NCBI GenBank assembly: GCA_038046245.1 | Contig: JBBSWO010000003.1 | Coordinates: 118,959-182,958, forward strand | Origin: Nanobdellota archaeon | Lineage (GTDB): Archaea; Nanobdellota; Nanobdellia; Pacearchaeales; GW2011-AR1 | Length of the DNA stretch: 64,000 bases | Direction: 5' to 3' | Shown: piece after piece, positions 59,464-64,000 of the stretch | How positions within the stretch are numbered: position 1 is the first letter of the stretch | Layout: each line of letters starts with the position of its first letter | Notes under the pieces: generated by a model | Databases searched by the model: none | Told to the model about the DNA's origin: nothing | The model's input: only the letters and a program-made list of their open reading frames with translations | Program-made: the position numbers and the translations under genes

Positions 59464-60660
59464 ATGACAAAAACAGAAAATGAAATCCCCGAAATTAATG
59501 TAGGAGTTGTGGGACACATCGACCACGGAAAGACAACTTTGCTTAGTAAGCTTACTGGAAAATTCACAGACACACATTCTGAAGAATTAAAGAGAGGAAT
59601 AACCATAAAATTAGGATATGCTGAAACCATAATCTCTAAGGATAAGGACGGATTTAACAATCAAGGAAGAGGCATTCCTCAAAGATACGTCAGTTTTATC
59701 GACGCGCCTGGTCACGAAATGCTTATGGCCACAATGCTTTCAGGCGCAGCAATCGTCGACGCTGCCATTCTTGTGATTGCTGCAAATGAAGGAATAAAAC
59801 CTCAGACAAGAGAGCACTTCGTCGCATTGCAGGCAAAAAAAATAAAGGATATAATAATTGTCCAGAATAAAATAGACTTAGTGACAAGAGAGCAAGCGAT
59901 TAAAAATTATAATGAAATAAAAGAATTTGTCAAAGGCACGATTGCAGAAAATTCCCCAATAATTCCGGTCTCAGCACAACAGGAATTAAACATAGACAAA
60001 ATTTTCGAGGCATTATGTTCTATAGACATTTCAAAACACGACCAAACCAAAACCCCATGTTTTTTGGTCGCAAGAAGCTTTGACATAAACAAACCAGGAA
60101 CAGAAATAAAAAATCTTAGAGGAGGGATTCTTGGGGGAATATTAAAACATGGAACATTAAAAGTTGGAGATGAAATTGAAATAAAACCTGGAAGGGTTGT
60201 AAAAAAAGCAAACCAAAAGTTCTACGAACCATTAACAACAAAAATTCTTTCACTACATAAAGGCGCAAAAACTATGGATGAAGTTTATCCAGGAGCCAGC
60301 ATTTCAATAGAAACATCTTTGGATCCAATATTGACAAAGGCAGACACTTTAGCAGGATGTTTGGTTTCAAGAAAAGGTGACCTTCCAGAAATAGCTTACA
60401 AAATAAGAATAAAGGCAACATTGTTCAATGAAGTTTTGGGGATTGAGACACACAAGCCAGTAGACCCGTTAAAAACAAAAGAGATGCTTATGCTCAGTGT
60501 CAACACAACAATCACGGTTGGAAGTGTCGAAAAGATAACAAAAAATGAAGTCGAGCTTTCTTTGAATATTCCCATAGTCCCGATAAAGGGAGACAATGTC
60601 GGAATCGCAAGAAACATTGACAGCCACTGGAGATTGATAGGCTTTGGGGAAATCATATAA
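59464..60660 (+). CDS. eif2g: Translation initiation factor aIF2 gamma subunit
   Basis: GHIDHGKT, RGITIKLGYA, DAPGHE, QNKID, WRLIGFG. Confidence 0.96.
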   Translation: MTKTENEIPEINVGVVGHIDHGKTTLLSKLTGKFTDTHSEELKRGITIKLGYAETIISKDKDGFNNQGRGIPQRYVSFIDAPGHEMLMATMLSGAAIVDAAILVIAANEGIKPQTREHFVALQAKKIKDIIIVQNKIDLVTREQAIKNYNEIKEFVKGTIAENSPIIPVSAQQELNIDKIFEALCSIDISKHDQTKTPCFLVARSFDINKPGTEIKNLRGGILGGILKHGTLKVGDEIEIKPGRVVKKANQKFYEPLTTKILSLHKGAKTMDEVYPGASISIETSLDPILTKADTLAGCLVSRKGDLPEIAYKIRIKATLFNEVLGIETHKPVDPLKTKEMLMLSVNTTITVGSVEKITKNEVELSLNIPIVPIKGDNVGIARNIDSHWRLIGFGEII

Positions 60661-60742
60661 TACCAAATTTTCTTATGCATTAATAGCTAACCTAAGGTTT
60701 TCTTACCAAAATATATTTAAACTCCAGATTTCTAATCATTCA

Positions 60743-61753
60743 ATGCAAAAAGGGTTTAAAATAAGAGGAGAATTTTTACTAATCACAGTTTTGTTCTTAG
60801 TTCTTGCAATAGGATTTGTAATTGCAGAAGGCAACAGCACAAATTCAACGGACACTGGTTCTAACAACACCAATAGCACTAATAATGAAACAAATCAGAC
60901 AGGAAATAATCAGACAAACAACGAAACAAACCAGAGCATAACATGCACGAATGATGACAGTTGTGCCGATGGATATGAATGCAAGGACAACAAATGTATT
61001 TTAGAAGACAAAGAAGACAACAAAAACGAGACGGATGATAAAAATGAAACAGAAGATGACGATGAAAATGAGACTAGTGATAATTTTGACAAAGTGTGCT
61101 GCAAATTCTACATGAAGCAGCAAAGAGGAAATGAAATTGAAGAAAAAACAAAATACCTTTGGATAGACAGGACTTCATGCATAACTGAAGAAGGCGAAAG
61201 AGACAAGATATTCACAAAAGACATAATGAATGACAGCTCTTTATGCAGAGGAAAATTAGAAGTGAGAGAAAGACAAAGATTAAAATTCGAAGATAGGACA
61301 AACCAAACATGTCCTACAAACTGCACTTGCATGGGTGTTGTTATGAAGTGCCCACTTGAGGGTGGCGGAAGTCAAATGACAATATTCGCAGGAAAATCAG
61401 GGAACATAATAATACAAATCAAAGGAGAAAACATGACGACTAATGTAACAATATACAACGACAATGGAACATTAATTGGAGAATTTGGGAATGGAGAAAT
61501 TAAAGAGATAAAAATAACCCCCGATCAATTAAAAGTAAAGTTCAGGGAAAAAGAAAAAATTGAGTTAGAAGATGAAGAAATAGAATTGAAAGACAACGGA
61601 TTCTACGAATACAAAGGAAAGAAAAATGCAAGGCTTCTTGCCGTAATTCCTGTAAAAGAGCATGTCACTTCAGAAATTGACCCTGAGACAGGAGAAGTAA
61701 AGGTAGTAAAAACTTCTTGGTGGGGATTTTTGGCTAGAGATAAGAAAGATTAA
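60743..61753 (+). CDS. Exported protein, paralog of 11381-12025, ending SWWGFLA
   Basis: Signal peptide from MQKGFK, N-glycosylation-site-rich linker, Cys modules, EIKITPD and IDPETGEV. Confidence 0.8.
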   Translation: MQKGFKIRGEFLLITVLFLVLAIGFVIAEGNSTNSTDTGSNNTNSTNNETNQTGNNQTNNETNQSITCTNDDSCADGYECKDNKCILEDKEDNKNETDDKNETEDDDENETSDNFDKVCCKFYMKQQRGNEIEEKTKYLWIDRTSCITEEGERDKIFTKDIMNDSSLCRGKLEVRERQRLKFEDRTNQTCPTNCTCMGVVMKCPLEGGGSQMTIFAGKSGNIIIQIKGENMTTNVTIYNDNGTLIGEFGNGEIKEIKITPDQLKVKFREKEKIELEDEEIELKDNGFYEYKGKKNARLLAVIPVKEHVTSEIDPETGEVKVVKTSWWGFLARDKKD

Positions 61754-61793
61754 TTTCCAAAAACCTTAAATATTCTGAAATGTTTAAAAACCA

Positions 61794-63560
61794 ATGAACA
61801 AAAATGTATTAGCTTTGGCGGTTCTTGTAAGTATACTGCTTGTCATAAACACGACATTTGTAGTGATAATTCAGTCAAGTAAAAGCGACTCGAACAGAAT
61901 AGCCTATGTCGGAGAGACAATAGGGAATGTTCTTTCAGGATATGATCAGCTAGAAATATTCAACAAGCCAGTGATAGAATCAAGCTTATCAAAAAAAACA
62001 ACTGCTTCAAAATCCACGACAATAAGATCAACTTCCACAATAACCAAAAAACCAAAGCCAGTAAATGATAATCCTCCTGCAGCAATGCAAAGATCAGCAA
62101 TAAGAGTAGTCAAAGATGACAACGGAAGAGAAATTTACACAGTAAATTACGACACGGACACAATCACTTTTCCAGATGGAAAGACCACCTCAATAATTAT
62201 TGACGGAAATGTAAACCCTTCACAAAATGATTATTATGACGCTTCACAAGCAGCAACAGCCTCACCTGTAGCTTGGCAGCAAATCCCTTATACAGAATTC
62301 AACGCCTTTGTTGAACAAAATTATTACAATGCAAATCAAGCAAATATAATTGATTTCCTAAACAAACTCGCACCAAGATTCGCATTAATGGAACAAACCA
62401 CAGGATGGAGTTCTGAAAAGTTTGGTTATGGAAAGTTGGATTTGTATATTGATGCAACAACATCTGGTTGTTTTGCGGGTTCTGCTATACCTGGAGAAGC
62501 ACATTTAAGTTTGTCTAATCCAATATATCAAACGTCATGCCAAAAACAATATTATCTCAATGGACAGCAACAATGGAATAATCCAGGACCATTAGGAGAT
62601 AATTGGATATATATTGCTTCAGGATTACATGAGTCTTTGCATTCAACAAACCCTTTACCCATTTACGCAAGACTATGGTTAACGGAAGGATTTTCAGAAT
62701 ACAATATGTACAACATATTAACAGCTAATAACGACATAAATCAAGAAACATCTGACACTTATTTGCACAATGGATTTAATGGATATCAGTGGAACGGCTA
62801 CGTTTCAAACAATTACAGAGACACAACTGTGAACGACAACGAAATACAAAAAAGCCCGGGCTATGACATAACTGCATGGATGTTTTCAATGTTAAGAGAT
62901 GATTATGGATTAAATTTTGATAGGTTTTATTACTTAGTTGATAACAACCTTGAAACCTTAGATAAAGCAGATTCTTTAAGGATAAATGCAGTCACATATC
63001 AGTATGATGATATGGCTGTCATAGACCTCTTTGGAAGAACACTTGGTAGAAATAATTTCGAAACTGAAACAAAACCTATATTCAGATACGACGGCTCAAG
63101 TGGACCTGGTTGGGGAGTAAGGGAATGGGTTTCAAGAGACTTTTATGCTGACTTAAGAACAACGATAGCTCCAGCCTTGATGTCAAATGTGGGATTAGGC
63201 CAGCAAGTAGCACTAACAGCAACAATTTACAACGACGGCCAAACAAACCTAGTAAATATTCCGGTAAGGATATATTATGACAAAGATGAAAACACAAGAG
63301 TAATTTTAAATGAACAGAATGTTAACATTAATGCTGGAAGCTTTGTACCTGTTTCCACAAGCATATCAAGTTCTGAAAATGCAGCATACGCAATCGTTGC
63401 GTCAGCCGATCCTGGAAACATAAAATTAGAAACAAATGAGGCAAACAACGCAGCAGTAAGTTTCATCTCATTCGGCGTCCAGCAAACAGGCTGCCCTTGG
63501 GAAAAAATTAATGGACATTGGGTACAAACATGTTCATCACAAGCAACACAGATTAAATAA
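61794..63560 (+). CDS. Exported gluzincin-like metallopeptidase with CARDB-like domain
   Basis: HESLH followed by WLTEGFSEY; C-terminal IYNDG...ADPGNIKLETNEANN. Confidence 0.82.
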   Translation: MNKNVLALAVLVSILLVINTTFVVIIQSSKSDSNRIAYVGETIGNVLSGYDQLEIFNKPVIESSLSKKTTASKSTTIRSTSTITKKPKPVNDNPPAAMQRSAIRVVKDDNGREIYTVNYDTDTITFPDGKTTSIIIDGNVNPSQNDYYDASQAATASPVAWQQIPYTEFNAFVEQNYYNANQANIIDFLNKLAPRFALMEQTTGWSSEKFGYGKLDLYIDATTSGCFAGSAIPGEAHLSLSNPIYQTSCQKQYYLNGQQQWNNPGPLGDNWIYIASGLHESLHSTNPLPIYARLWLTEGFSEYNMYNILTANNDINQETSDTYLHNGFNGYQWNGYVSNNYRDTTVNDNEIQKSPGYDITAWMFSMLRDDYGLNFDRFYYLVDNNLETLDKADSLRINAVTYQYDDMAVIDLFGRTLGRNNFETETKPIFRYDGSSGPGWGVREWVSRDFYADLRTTIAPALMSNVGLGQQVALTATIYNDGQTNLVNIPVRIYYDKDENTRVILNEQNVNINAGSFVPVSTSISSSENAAYAIVASADPGNIKLETNEANNAAVSFISFGVQQTGCPWEKINGHWVQTCSSQATQIK

Positions 63561-63641
63561 AATTAATCAAAAATTTATTTTATCTTCAACAACAGCAATA
63601 TTTAAATATCTCTTTTTTCTAATATAAAAAAGGTAATCAAA

Positions 63642-64000
63642 ATGAAAAAAGAGGTTAAGCTGCTTGTTTCTTTATCTGTAATATTAATTCTGTTCACTTC
63701 TCTTGCATCCGCAGGAATTATTGATGATATCTTCAAAAATATATTTGGTGGATTTCCTGTTCCAGGATTCCCGACAGGCCAGGTAACAAGCGGTGTAACT
63801 TGTGCCGACAGCGATGGATCAGATAATTTTTTAACAGCAGGAAGAACCACTATAAACGAAGTAACTGATTACATTGATTATTGTGTTGGAGATACAAACT
63901 ATGATTATTATTGCAGCACAAGTTCTTCTGGTGGTGGAACGAAAAGTAGCACTACAGCTTTATTCTTACCATTTGCATCAGGAATAACGGGAGCTACTGT
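63642..64000 (+). CDS. Secreted Cys-containing protein, truncated by the right edge (missing from ORF track)
   Basis: MKKEVKLLVSLSVILILFTSLASAGIIDDIFK...CADSDG..., open to the end of the window. Confidence 0.85.
   Translation, partial: MKKEVKLLVSLSVILILFTSLASAGIIDDIFKNIFGGFPVPGFPTGQVTSGVTCADSDGSDNFLTAGRTTINEVTDYIDYCVGDTNYDYYCSTSSSGGGTKSSTTALFLPFASGITGAT

Noticed and set aside
63602..63850. Minus-strand 82-aa ORF
   Set aside because: Shadow of the truncated secreted-protein gene starting at 63642
1..64000. CRISPR array, rRNA, DGR or IS element
   Set aside because: No spaced direct repeats, rRNA-like tract, reverse transcriptase or transposase ORF seen

Overview
Gene-dense, AT-rich archaeal chromosome segment read with the standard code. 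Archaeal markers are a thermosome, aIF5B, aIF2-gamma, eS6, an archaeal-type uS10, TATA promoters and an intron-containing tRNA-Tyr with C1:G72. The compact layout and many short orphan and secreted Cys-rich genes suggest a DPANN archaeon (Pacearchaeota/Woesearchaeota-like; inference). Positions 1-11.3 kb hold a type IV pilus locus: class III signal-peptide proteins, a large vWA/LamG adhesin, a VirB11/CpaF-type ATPase, two TadC-like proteins and a KaiC-family ATPase. There are three tRNAs (Gly-GCC, Tyr-GTA with a 69-nt intron, Asp-GTC), housekeeping genes (trxB, DEAD helicase, serS, thyX, cyclophilin, two P-type ATPases) and several secreted hydrolases. I found no CRISPR array, integrase, transposase or rRNA. 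The best leads are: (1) an unannotated 76-nt four-way-junction RNA-like element with its own TATA box inside the pilus locus; (2) a unit of tRNA-Tyr, a Y-shaped palindrome and a Schlafen/AlbA_2 nuclease; (3) a coupled active/degenerate pair of Holliday-junction-resolvase-like nucleases, each with half a metal site, inserted between infB and eS6; (4) a recurrent (T/S)G-x-x motif after membrane anchors in unrelated exported proteins; (5) several small ORFs missed by the ORF track. All family calls come from reading motifs by eye, not from database searches. Some starts were moved to the most plausible downstream ATG.
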